Shown here in pieces: positions 28,533-37,226 of a DNA stretch of 64,000 nucleotides. A program made the position numbers and the translations under genes. This DNA is from Eubacteriales bacterium (GTDB taxonomy: Bacteria > Bacillota > Clostridia > Oscillospirales > CAG-382). The first letter of the stretch is position 1; every line of letters starts with the position of its first letter. Under the pieces are notes generated by a model. The model saw only the letters and a list, made by a program, of their open reading frames with translations, ran no database searches and was not told where the DNA came from. The stretch is from assembly GCA_045544855.1 (NCBI GenBank), contig JAZPZV010000023.1, positions 2,401-66,400 on the forward strand, in the 5' to 3' direction.

Positions 28533-28593
28533 CTCTTGCAAAACGTAAAAAGGTATGATATAATGAAGCTATAAACACAAAGGGTGGTTTTAT

Positions 28594-29949
28594 ATGAAGC
28601 GAAGATTGCTTTCGGGAATCGTTTTCCTGCTTCTGATCGCGCTCCTTGGGGCGGGGTCCTCTTTCCGCGCCTTCGCCGCAAAGCCGCTCTTGGGGGACGT
28701 GGACGGAGACGGCAGGGTAAGCGCTTTGGATTACGCCATGCTGAAGCGCCACGTCATGCGAACCCGCACGTTGCCCGCCAAATCCCGCGAGATGGGAGAC
28801 GTGGACGGGGATGGCAGGATCACTGCGATGGATTACCTGCTGGTAAAGCGCCACGTGCTGAAAACCTACGACCTCCATGCGGATCACACCTATGATCACC
28901 ATCTGTTCCTGAAATATCGAGGAAAGGGCAATTGCGAAAGCCTGACGGGCAAGGTAAGCGTTCTGCTGGTGTTTGTGAACGACACGGAAAGCGCCTGGGA
29001 CAACGCCGCCAAGGAAGAAGCACAGATCCGTCTTTGCGAAGAGATGGTGAAGTTGGCGGGCTACGCCCGTACCGCAGGGGCAGAGCTTTCTTTGGAATAC
29101 GGAGAGATGGACGTGACCTTGTCCCTTGCGGCGCACTCCTACAACACCGCCGCCTGGGAGAACGAAGCGGCGGAAGCCCTGGGCTTTGCCTCCGTGGACG
29201 CTTTGCAGACCCGTCTGGAAGAGGAATGGGAAGTAGGATCGGTGCCGGTGGTCTTTTTGCTGAACAAGGCAGGCCGTGCGGTGGCCTATTACACCAAGAA
29301 CAAAGCGGGGGCGGAATATCTGACCATGTACGCCTCCGATTACAGCCCCTTCTGCCACGAGTTGCTCCACCTTTACGGAGCGCAGGATTATTATTATCCC
29401 GCACAGGTTGCCGCCGCGGCAAACGGCTTTTTGAAAAACAGTATTATGAACACGGGGGATGCGGTAGATCCTCTCACCGCCTATACCGTGGGCTGGACGA
29501 ATGTTTTGAGCTATGAAGCCAAAGGATTTTTGGACGCGGTTTCTTCTCTTACCGAAAAAGAGCTGGAGGAGGCGTCCAAGGCGGAGCGGTTCACAGGCTA
29601 CGGAATCAAGACGTATCCCAACGGGGACGTGTACGAGGGGTATCTGGAGCTGGGCATTCCCCACGGTTTGGGGGAATACCGCTTTGCAGATGGCAGCGTT
29701 TATCTGGGCGAATTTGCAGGAGGGATCTTCCACGGCATGGGTCGTATGGAATGGGCAGGCGGTGCCGTCTACGAGGGAGATTTTGTAAGCAACGTCCGCA
29801 CGGGCGAGGGCACTTATTGGTGGCCCAACGGAGACCGCTATGAAGGAGAATTCCTGGAAGGAAAGCCCCACGGCTACGGAACCTATTATTACGCCTCGGG
29901 AGACGTGCAAAGCGGCTACTGGGAATACGGCGTTTACCGTTCAAACTAA
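28594..29949 (+). CDS. Secreted protein: N-terminal dockerin, zincin metallopeptidase domain, MORN repeats
   Basis: Signal peptide; GDVDGDG twice; HELLHLYGAQD zinc motif; YEGxF..G.PHG.G MORN units; TTGCAA-N17-TATAAT promoter at 28536-28564. Confidence 0.85.
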   Translation: MKRRLLSGIVFLLLIALLGAGSSFRAFAAKPLLGDVDGDGRVSALDYAMLKRHVMRTRTLPAKSREMGDVDGDGRITAMDYLLVKRHVLKTYDLHADHTYDHHLFLKYRGKGNCESLTGKVSVLLVFVNDTESAWDNAAKEEAQIRLCEEMVKLAGYARTAGAELSLEYGEMDVTLSLAAHSYNTAAWENEAAEALGFASVDALQTRLEEEWEVGSVPVVFLLNKAGRAVAYYTKNKAGAEYLTMYASDYSPFCHELLHLYGAQDYYYPAQVAAAANGFLKNSIMNTGDAVDPLTAYTVGWTNVLSYEAKGFLDAVSSLTEKELEEASKAERFTGYGIKTYPNGDVYEGYLELGIPHGLGEYRFADGSVYLGEFAGGIFHGMGRMEWAGGAVYEGDFVSNVRTGEGTYWWPNGDRYEGEFLEGKPHGYGTYYYASGDVQSGYWEYGVYRSN

Positions 29950-29969
29950 AAACTCTTTGGAGGAGCGAT

Positions 29970-32753
29970 ATGAAACGATTGTTAGCAGGACTTTTATCCG
30001 GACTTTTGCTGGGCACAGTGTTTGCCGTTCCCGCGACTGCAACGGGAGAAAACCCCGCGCCTACGGTATTACCCGCCATTCGTGAGTGGCAGGGAGGAAG
30101 CGGCAGATTCGTGGCGGAAGAACGCATCACCTTGGTGAACCTCAACGATTCTCCCGCTGTGGAGAAGGTGCAGGGCTATTTTCACGATATGCTTTCCATG
30201 GAGGCGGAGATCGTAGCCTCGGGGGAAAGCGGCGTGATCTTCCAAAAGGATGATTCTCTTCTGGAAACCGTGGGCGAGGAGGGCTATACCCTGGATGCCA
30301 CGAAGACCAAGATCCTCATCAAAGCCGCCACGGACGTGGGTCTGCTGTACGGCGGCATCACCGTGTGCCAGAGCTTGTATGCCGATGGGTACTTCCCCGT
30401 AGGGCAGGCGGTGGACTATCCCTCCTATCCCATCCGTTCCGGTATGATCGACGTGGGCAGAGCCTGGATCCCTTTGGAATACGTGGAGGAGATCTCTCGC
30501 TACATGGTGTGGTTCAAGATGAACGAGATCCATCTCCACATCAACGACGAGGGCAGCAACGGCTATTCCGCCTTCCGTCTGGAAAGCGACGTGAAGGGGC
30601 TCACCGCCAAGGACGGCTATTATTCCAAGGAGGACTACCGCGCGTATCAGAAGCGGATGCTGGAATACGGTATGTCGGTGGTGACGGAGATCGATACCCC
30701 CTTCCATTCCCGTTGCTATCAGAATGCGGACAACCCGCCTCCCCATCTGCCGGGGAACGACAGATGTCTGGATATCTCCAAGCCCGAGACCTTGGAGTTT
30801 GTGAAGAATCTGCTGGCGGAATACATGACGGGGGATGACCCTGTTTTCGTAGGCAAGGTGGTGCACATCGGCACCGACGAATATCCCAGAGAATACGCAG
30901 AGGATATGCGTAAGTATACCGACGCACTCATCAAGTACGTGGATTCCTTGGGTTACATTCCCCGCCATTGGGGCAGTATGGGTCCCAACGGCTTCCCCGG
31001 GGAGACCCCCGTGGCACAGATCGGCCAGGTGAACTTCTGGGATTGGGGCATTTCCGGGCCCTCCGAGACCATGGCCAGCAATTACGACGTGATCAACACC
31101 GTCAATTCCATTCTGTACACCGTTCCCACCACCAACTACAACTTCCCGGACTACTTCGACCTGCCCTATATGTATAACACCTGGCAGGTGAACGTGTTCA
31201 ATTATTTCAACGACGCCAAGGTGGATCCCAACGATCCCCAACTGAAGGGTGCTTGCTTCGCCCTGTGGAACGACCTGCACACCGCCTACAAGGGGGTCAC
31301 CCGCTACGATATCTTCGACCGCCTGCGGGGCATGGTCTGTATGGTGGCGGAAAAGACCTGGCTGGGTGTGGAGACCAAGAACATCCCTGCCGATGATTTT
31401 ATGAAGCGGTACGAGACTTTGTCTCTGTTGGCGGGGGATGCTGACCCCGGCAGACACACCTATCCCGCCGAGGGCATTGATCTGACCTACGAAGACGGTT
31501 TTGTTCTGGACGGAAAGAGCAGCCTTTCCATGGAGATCCCCGCCTTGGGATTCCCCAACACGTTGGAATTTGAGATCTCCCTGGAGGAGTTGCCCGACGG
31601 ACCTCTGTTTGCAGGGGACGGGGTGGAGATCTGGGCGGACGCCGACGGCAAGGGACACTTCGGCTTCAAGAACGAGGTGTATACCTTCACCTACGATTAC
31701 ACCCTGCCCATTGGGGAAAAGGTGAAGCTGCGCCTTTCCTGCGATGGCACCACCACCGTGCTGACGGTGAACGACAGCCTTTGCTTTGAGCCCAACAACG
31801 CCCGCAACCCGAACGATACCAAGCTTTCCACCCTCACCATCCCTCTGGAGACCATCGGCAAGGGGGCAAAGGGCAAGCTGTACAGCCTCCGTGTCACCCC
31901 TGCTTACGAGAGCGTTGCACACCTGGTGGCAGGACGGAATCTGGCTCTGAACGCCCCGGTCTCCGTCTCCAAGCTGGAGGTGGATGACGGTCGCTTCACC
32001 GCCGACCTCGCGGTGGACGGGGATGAATCCACCCGCCTCTCCTTCTCCGCAAAGGAGGACGAGCAATGGCTGGTGGTGGATCTGGGCGCCGTTTGCGACA
32101 TTACCCGGGTGGAGATCTGCTACAACGAGCGTGTGAGTGAATACGATCTGCAGGTGTCCGACGACGGCGAGAACTTCACCACCGTTTACAACCTTACCGG
32201 AGGAGAAGAACGGAAGCAAGAGACCGACGTGATCCAGCTGGAAAACGTCTCCGGCCGATACATCCGTTACCGCCAGCACAAGCGCTGGTATCACGCCGAG
32301 TGGAATACCTATTACAGCGGCGGTATTCGTGAGTTCCGCGTGTTCTCCGTTGGCCTTACCGCTTACGAAGAAGTGATCGAGCAGGCTTACACCATGCTGG
32401 AGGAGCTGGACGGTGCAGACCCCCGCAGAAGCGCTATCCGCAAGGCGGTCAACGCCTTGAAGGCCTACATCACCTCCGGGAAGACGGTGTATATCGGCAA
32501 TGCGGACCTCCTGAGCCAAGCGGTTACGGAGGCTATGAACGCAGAGCTGCCCGTAGATCCGCCCTCCGATGAATCCGAGGACGTTTCCCAAGAAGAAAGC
32601 CTGCCCGAGGCTTCCACTCCCGTACCTGCACCTGCAAGCAAGGGCTTCCCTTGGGGCTGGGTAGCAGGAGGCATCCTCGCCCTTGGCGCAGTTGCCGTGG
32701 CGGCGATCCTCTTTAGCAAAAAGAAATCGGGAAAAGTTTCCGAAAAGTCTTGA
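29970..32753 (+). CDS. GH20 beta-N-acetylhexosaminidase with F5/8 type C (CBM32-like) domain and C-terminal membrane anchor
   Basis: EEGYTL, RSGMIDVGR, KMNEIHLH, EIDTPFH, HIGTDE catalytic pair; NLALNAPV...AVDGD...VDLG discoidin domain; TM plus KKK. Confidence 0.9.
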   Translation: MKRLLAGLLSGLLLGTVFAVPATATGENPAPTVLPAIREWQGGSGRFVAEERITLVNLNDSPAVEKVQGYFHDMLSMEAEIVASGESGVIFQKDDSLLETVGEEGYTLDATKTKILIKAATDVGLLYGGITVCQSLYADGYFPVGQAVDYPSYPIRSGMIDVGRAWIPLEYVEEISRYMVWFKMNEIHLHINDEGSNGYSAFRLESDVKGLTAKDGYYSKEDYRAYQKRMLEYGMSVVTEIDTPFHSRCYQNADNPPPHLPGNDRCLDISKPETLEFVKNLLAEYMTGDDPVFVGKVVHIGTDEYPREYAEDMRKYTDALIKYVDSLGYIPRHWGSMGPNGFPGETPVAQIGQVNFWDWGISGPSETMASNYDVINTVNSILYTVPTTNYNFPDYFDLPYMYNTWQVNVFNYFNDAKVDPNDPQLKGACFALWNDLHTAYKGVTRYDIFDRLRGMVCMVAEKTWLGVETKNIPADDFMKRYETLSLLAGDADPGRHTYPAEGIDLTYEDGFVLDGKSSLSMEIPALGFPNTLEFEISLEELPDGPLFAGDGVEIWADADGKGHFGFKNEVYTFTYDYTLPIGEKVKLRLSCDGTTTVLTVNDSLCFEPNNARNPNDTKLSTLTIPLETIGKGAKGKLYSLRVTPAYESVAHLVAGRNLALNAPVSVSKLEVDDGRFTADLAVDGDESTRLSFSAKEDEQWLVVDLGAVCDITRVEICYNERVSEYDLQVSDDGENFTTVYNLTGGEERKQETDVIQLENVSGRYIRYRQHKRWYHAEWNTYYSGGIREFRVFSVGLTAYEEVIEQAYTMLEELDGADPRRSAIRKAVNALKAYITSGKTVYIGNADLLSQAVTEAMNAELPVDPPSDESEDVSQEESLPEASTPVPAPASKGFPWGWVAGGILALGAVAVAAILFSKKKSGKVSEKS

Positions 32754-32811
32754 AAAATCCACGCATATTTGATAATATGAAATCAACAAAAACATCAAAG
32801 GAGACCACGTT

Positions 32812-33876
32812 ATGAAACAGTTTAACATTGCCATCATCGGTCAGGGCAGAAGCGGTAGAGATATCCACGGTCTGCACCTGAAGAAGGATACGGAGCGTTT
32901 CCGCGTCGTTGCCGTTGTGGAAAAGCTGGAAAAGCGTATGAACCGCGCGGCGGCAGAATACGGCTGTGACGTTTACGACGATTATACCAAGCTGTTTGAG
33001 AGAAATGACATCGATCTGGTGGTCAATTCCTCTCCCAGCCATTTGCACTACGCCATCTCCAAGGATCTGCTTTCCCACGGGCTGAACGTGCTGTGCGAAA
33101 AGCCCTGCGTTCCCACCGTGGAGGAGTTTGACGACCTTTGCGAAACCGCAAAGCAGAACGGTTGCCACTTCTTGGTGTTCCAGCAGAGCCGCTTTGCCAA
33201 CTACTTCCTCAAGGTCAAGGAGGTCATTGCCTCCGGCGTGTTGGGCAGGATCGTCCACGTGGGCATCCAGTTCAACGGCTTTGCCCGTCGTTGGGACTGG
33301 CAGTGCTGTCTGGACTTCAACGGCGGTAACCTTGCCAACACCGGCCCTCATCCCGTTGACCAGGCGCTGAACATTCTGGACGCTTACGACAAGGATCTGG
33401 AGATCTTCTGCAAGATGGATCGCTGTAACACCTTCGGCAACGCCGAGGACTACGTAAAGCTGATCGTCACCGCTCCCGGCAAGCCCGTGATCGATCTGGA
33501 CATCTCCTCTTGCGACGCTTACCCGCTCTATACCTACAAGGTGGAGGGTACCAACGGCACTCTGAAGGGCAACATGGCCCACATCGATTGGAAGTACTTC
33601 AAGCCCGAGGAAGCTCCCGAACAGAAGCTGATCCGTACCCCCCTCTACGTGGACGAGGAGCAGATGCCCGCATACTGCGGCGAGAAGCTCACCTGGTACG
33701 AGGAAAGCTGGGACGGCGATCCCCAGGCACCCTTCATTGCGGCGGTGCAGACCTACTACGATCAGATCTACGCCCTGCTGTCTGAAGGCAGGGAGCACGA
33801 TATCAAGCTGTTCCAGGTTCGCCAGCAGTTGGATCTCATCCGTAAGTGCCACGAGATGAACCCCCATATCTGCTAA
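32812..33876 (+). CDS. Gfo/Idh/MocA family oxidoreductase
   Basis: IIGQGRSG Rossmann motif, VLCEKP, GG.L...GPH.VD. Confidence 0.9.
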   Translation: MKQFNIAIIGQGRSGRDIHGLHLKKDTERFRVVAVVEKLEKRMNRAAAEYGCDVYDDYTKLFERNDIDLVVNSSPSHLHYAISKDLLSHGLNVLCEKPCVPTVEEFDDLCETAKQNGCHFLVFQQSRFANYFLKVKEVIASGVLGRIVHVGIQFNGFARRWDWQCCLDFNGGNLANTGPHPVDQALNILDAYDKDLEIFCKMDRCNTFGNAEDYVKLIVTAPGKPVIDLDISSCDAYPLYTYKVEGTNGTLKGNMAHIDWKYFKPEEAPEQKLIRTPLYVDEEQMPAYCGEKLTWYEESWDGDPQAPFIAAVQTYYDQIYALLSEGREHDIKLFQVRQQLDLIRKCHEMNPHIC

Positions 33877-33888
33877 GGAGAAGGGGAA

Positions 33889-34746
33889 ATGAGACCGTTT
33901 TGGGGTATTGACATTACCAGAAACAAAAAGAACGACCATCCCGACGGAGACCCGCTGATCGTCGCCTCCACCTCCGCCGCAAAGGAGGCAGAGGTGAATC
34001 AGGCCGCAGAGCAGGCGGAGGCTATGAAGGAAAAGGCAAAGCTTCCTCTCTGGGTGCGGATCATTTACCGCGGGTGCGGTATTGTTGCCTTGATCGTTCT
34101 GGTGGGTATTTTGCGCGCGGACGTGACCTTTGCACAGGGATACGAGAACGCTCCCGCCCTCCACTGGATCGGCTTGATCTGCGGCGTGGTTGCCATTGGG
34201 CTGTTTATCTGGTCCAAGGTCAGACAAAGCAAGGTGGAAAAAAGCAAGGAATTTGCGGACACGGTGGTTCAAGCGGAGCAGGCAACCGCTACGGCGGCAG
34301 AGGAGCTGGGCATCCCCTCAAACGCTCTCGACGTGGACGTGCTGGCGGGGAAGTATAAGCTCAAGGATGGCAACTTGAAGTTCTGTGAGCTTTCTCCCTT
34401 AAGCGGCGCCACCTTCGTGAACGTTTCCGCTTGGGCGTTTGTGGAAAACGACACCCTGTATCTGGCGGACGTGAACCACAAATATGCCATTCCGCTTTCG
34501 GAGATCACCTGCATTCGCAAGGGGAAAAAGCGTGCCGTGTTCCGTGGGTGGAACAAGCCCATTCCCATGGATGAGCCGCCCTACAAGGAGTGCAAATTCG
34601 GCGTCAACCAGTTTGGGGACATCTTCAGTAAGACCCACTACATTCTGGAGTTCCGCCACAGCGGCGAAACCTGGGGCGTGTATTTCCTGCCCTACGAATT
34701 GCCTGCTTTTGCCAAATTGACGGGAATCACAGAGGTTACGGAATAA
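33889..34746 (+). CDS. Hypothetical membrane protein (2 TM plus C-terminal soluble domain)
   Basis: 285-aa ORF with RBS, host-like codon usage, two hydrophobic helices. Confidence 0.75.
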   Translation: MRPFWGIDITRNKKNDHPDGDPLIVASTSAAKEAEVNQAAEQAEAMKEKAKLPLWVRIIYRGCGIVALIVLVGILRADVTFAQGYENAPALHWIGLICGVVAIGLFIWSKVRQSKVEKSKEFADTVVQAEQATATAAEELGIPSNALDVDVLAGKYKLKDGNLKFCELSPLSGATFVNVSAWAFVENDTLYLADVNHKYAIPLSEITCIRKGKKRAVFRGWNKPIPMDEPPYKECKFGVNQFGDIFSKTHYILEFRHSGETWGVYFLPYELPAFAKLTGITEVTE

Positions 34747-34778
34747 GAACGGAATCCGCATAGTTGCTAACACTTGAA

Positions 34779-34813
34779 AAAATCGGCAGAAATATTGCTT
34801 TTCTGCCGATTTT
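34779..34813. promoter_or_regulatory. 14-bp perfect inverted repeat (terminator and/or operator) overlapping a TTGCTT-N17-TATACT promoter
   Basis: AAAATCGGCAGAAA-N7-TTTCTGCCGATTTT; -10 at 34818-34823. Confidence 0.55.
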
Positions 34814-34858
34814 GTGTTATACTGAGATAGGATATCCTGCCGAAAGGAGAAGCTTTGC

Positions 34859-35500
34859 ATGCAGAAAATTGAAATCAGACAGCGGTGTCTCCCGTCGGGA
34901 TACCACATGAAAACTTTTTTCATCGATGAACGGCCCTTGTCCGCGTATATGGATGAGTGGATCGCAGGAAATGAGGCTTTGGAATATTTATTGCCTTGCG
35001 AGGGCTTGGAAATTTGCTGGACCGATGAATATGATTACGAAGGCGACGCAAGATTTATGCGCTTTGTTCTGAATCGGCAGGACGCAATCACCCCGATTTT
35101 GAGTTGCCCGGATGACATGGATTTTTCTTGCATCGTAATCGTGGCAGACGTTCTCAAGCAAGGCGATACAGTGATCTGGAAACGCATTGGGCTGGTGGAT
35201 CACTCCTATGAGTCTTTTGAAGTCGAAAAAAGCAGGGGCATTGCTTTTGCCGAAGCATACTCCGAAGAAGATCGTGTGCGTTATGGCGGACAGCCGGAGC
35301 TGACAAAGGTAGGCAGCCCAGCGTGGAATAAATGGACAGGGAAAAACTGGGAGGAAGAATTGTACCGCAGAAGGGTCAACTACACCTTCCCGTATTATCA
35401 GGATGAGACACATATTCAGTGGCTCGCCGATTGTCATTTTGTGTTCCAGAGAAGAGAATACGACGCGGTTGTAGAGCTCTGCTACAAAGAAAACAACTAA
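34859..35500 (+). CDS. Hypothetical protein
   Basis: 213-aa ORF with AAAGGAG RBS, own promoter and terminator; PILSCPDDMDFSC motif; lower GC than neighbours. Confidence 0.75.
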   Translation: MQKIEIRQRCLPSGYHMKTFFIDERPLSAYMDEWIAGNEALEYLLPCEGLEICWTDEYDYEGDARFMRFVLNRQDAITPILSCPDDMDFSCIVIVADVLKQGDTVIWKRIGLVDHSYESFEVEKSRGIAFAEAYSEEDRVRYGGQPELTKVGSPAWNKWTGKNWEEELYRRRVNYTFPYYQDETHIQWLADCHFVFQRREYDAVVELCYKENN

Positions 35501-35512
35501 AACTGCAAGAGG

Positions 35513-35541
35513 AAGCCCCGACAGAAAGCTGTCGGGGCTTT
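35513..35541 (+). terminator. Intrinsic terminator
   Basis: AAGCCCCGACAG-aaag-CTGTCGGGGCTT. Confidence 0.75.
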
Positions 35542-35591
35542 GCTTTGCATAAATAGGGGATTGGTTAAGTTGTATGGCGTGTAGCGCAAAA

Positions 35592-35648
35592 GGCTCCCCT
35601 TAGCAAGGGGAGCTGTCGCGGCGTTTCCGCCGTGACTGAGGGGATTGT
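35592..35648. repeat. REP-like double-hairpin element
   Basis: GCTCCCCTT-agc-AAGGGGAGC then TGTCGCGGCG...CGCCGTGACTGAGGG between convergent genes. Confidence 0.5.
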
Positions 35649-35664
35649 TTTGATGGATAGCCCA

Positions 35665-36180
35665 CTACATTCTTTTTTCCAAGCTTACCGTCAACTTTGC
35701 CGCCAAAAACAGCTTTGCCAAGTCAAAGGGGAGAAAGGGCAATACGTAGCGGAGCAACGCCGCGGCGATGCCTCCCCAGCCGGCGGCGGGTACGTAGAAC
35801 AGCAATACCCAAGCGGTGCCGCATAAGTACAGCACCAAAAGGCCGCAGAGCATCCGCAAAAACAGGGGAAGCTTCTTTGGCAAGAACCCGGTGGTTGCCA
35901 CGGCGGGGAGGAAGCCTATCAAAAATCCGCCGGTGGTGCCGATCAAATGCCCCACGCCGCCACGGAAGCCCGCAAACACGGGAACGCCCGCCGCACCTAA
36001 CACTAAGTAACAGCCCACCGCCACAAGCCCCCATTTGCCTCCCAGCACCCCCGCGCATAAGAACACGGCGAAGGTCTGCAGGGTAAAGGGCGGGTCGAAG
36101 GGGATCTGCAACAGAGAACACACGGCGATGAGGGCGCAGAACAACCCCACCCGTGTGAGAGTACGGTATTTGGTTGTCAT
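35665..36180 (-). CDS. bioY: Biotin transporter BioY (ECF S component)
   Basis: PFTLQTFAV, G.PVFAG..GG, TGGFLIGF, PF..FD..K. Confidence 0.92.
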   Translation of the reverse strand: MTTKYRTLTRVGLFCALIAVCSLLQIPFDPPFTLQTFAVFLCAGVLGGKWGLVAVGCYLVLGAAGVPVFAGFRGGVGHLIGTTGGFLIGFLPAVATTGFLPKKLPLFLRMLCGLLVLYLCGTAWVLLFYVPAAGWGGIAAALLRYVLPFLPFDLAKLFLAAKLTVSLEKRM

Positions 36181-36195
36181 TCTGCACCTCCTCGG

Positions 36196-36966
36196 TCAGT
36201 TCTTTACGGCGTAGCCCGCCTCCATGGTGAAGGCTTCACGGAAGCCTGCGCGGTAGCAGATATGCTCCGAAGGACCTGCCCATTGCCAGCACATGGGGAA
36301 ATCGTGGGATTTGCAGTATTCCACCACGTAGGAAAGCAGCTCACCTGCGTAGCCCTTGCCCCGCTGCTCTTTGGCGGTGACGATGTAATCGTAGCGGGTA
36401 TTACCGTGGCGGGAGACGTGGATATCGGTGTAGACCACGGCTTTTCCGTCGATCGTGCCCAGGAACAGGTAGGTGCCCTCCTGCTGTAGGCGCTTCTTGG
36501 TGACCTCGATCTCCCAGGGCTCTCCGCAGGGGATGAGGATATCCGTTGCCACCCGTTCATCCCACGCGGTGGAGAGGGCGATCTCCAAGCGGTTTTCGGA
36601 CGGGATGGTGTTTTCGGCGGTGAGAAGCATCACGCGGTGGTCGGGCTTGCTTACGTGGGTGTAGCCGTGGGAGGTTAGGATCTCTTTGTTCTTCTCAAAG
36701 TATCCCTTTTCGTAGGGATGGTAAATGGAAGGACGGTGGATGCCGCATGCGGCGTAGAAGGCCGTGACCTCCTCCAGAACGGCACCTAAGTCGGTGATCT
36801 TTTCCGGGTAAAGGCAGGCGTGGTTGCCGTCGTAGGAATCCTTGTTGTCGTCCATGTAGTAGAAGATGCCGTATTCCTTTTCCTCAAAAGAGGCAAACAG
36901 CTTGGGGAAATCGATCTCTTCTTGCTTGATGCCTTGGATCAAGGCGGGTAAATTTTGATTGTTCAT
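36196..36966 (-). CDS. GNAT family N-acetyltransferase
   Basis: C-terminal acetyl-CoA motif QRGKGYAGELL and YRAGF. Confidence 0.8.
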   Translation of the reverse strand: MNNQNLPALIQGIKQEEIDFPKLFASFEEKEYGIFYYMDDNKDSYDGNHACLYPEKITDLGAVLEEVTAFYAACGIHRPSIYHPYEKGYFEKNKEILTSHGYTHVSKPDHRVMLLTAENTIPSENRLEIALSTAWDERVATDILIPCGEPWEIEVTKKRLQQEGTYLFLGTIDGKAVVYTDIHVSRHGNTRYDYIVTAKEQRGKGYAGELLSYVVEYCKSHDFPMCWQWAGPSEHICYRAGFREAFTMEAGYAVKN

Positions 36967-37226
36967 AATCGGTTTTCTTGGGGTTTGTTAAGGGGGCTTC
37001 TTTTTTCCTAAAAGAAGTCCCCTTGACGTTGTGAATCATACGATAAAAATGCGTCGCTCATGCGGATTCATTCCGCATGAAAAGACACCGATTTTGGTTT
37101 TTCTCCCCAGCGGTTAGCGGGGAGAAAAATTCGCAACTTGTTGCGAACCCCGTAAGGGGCTCGCCCCTCGCGGAAGAGGGGCGAAACCACCCCAAACACG
37201 TGTTGTTTGGGGTGGGCGCGGAGCGC

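Noticed and set aside
24198-29949. Classical cellulosome locus
   Set aside because: No cohesin/scaffoldin or cellulase is recognisable in the window; the dockerins sit on non-CAZyme proteins.
30069-32837. Very long antisense ORFs (also 15065-17041, 24168-26693, 42577-44772, 55022-56815, 60988-62715, 62805-63881)
   Set aside because: Shadow frames opposite well-supported genes, expected from GC-rich codon bias; no recognisable motifs.
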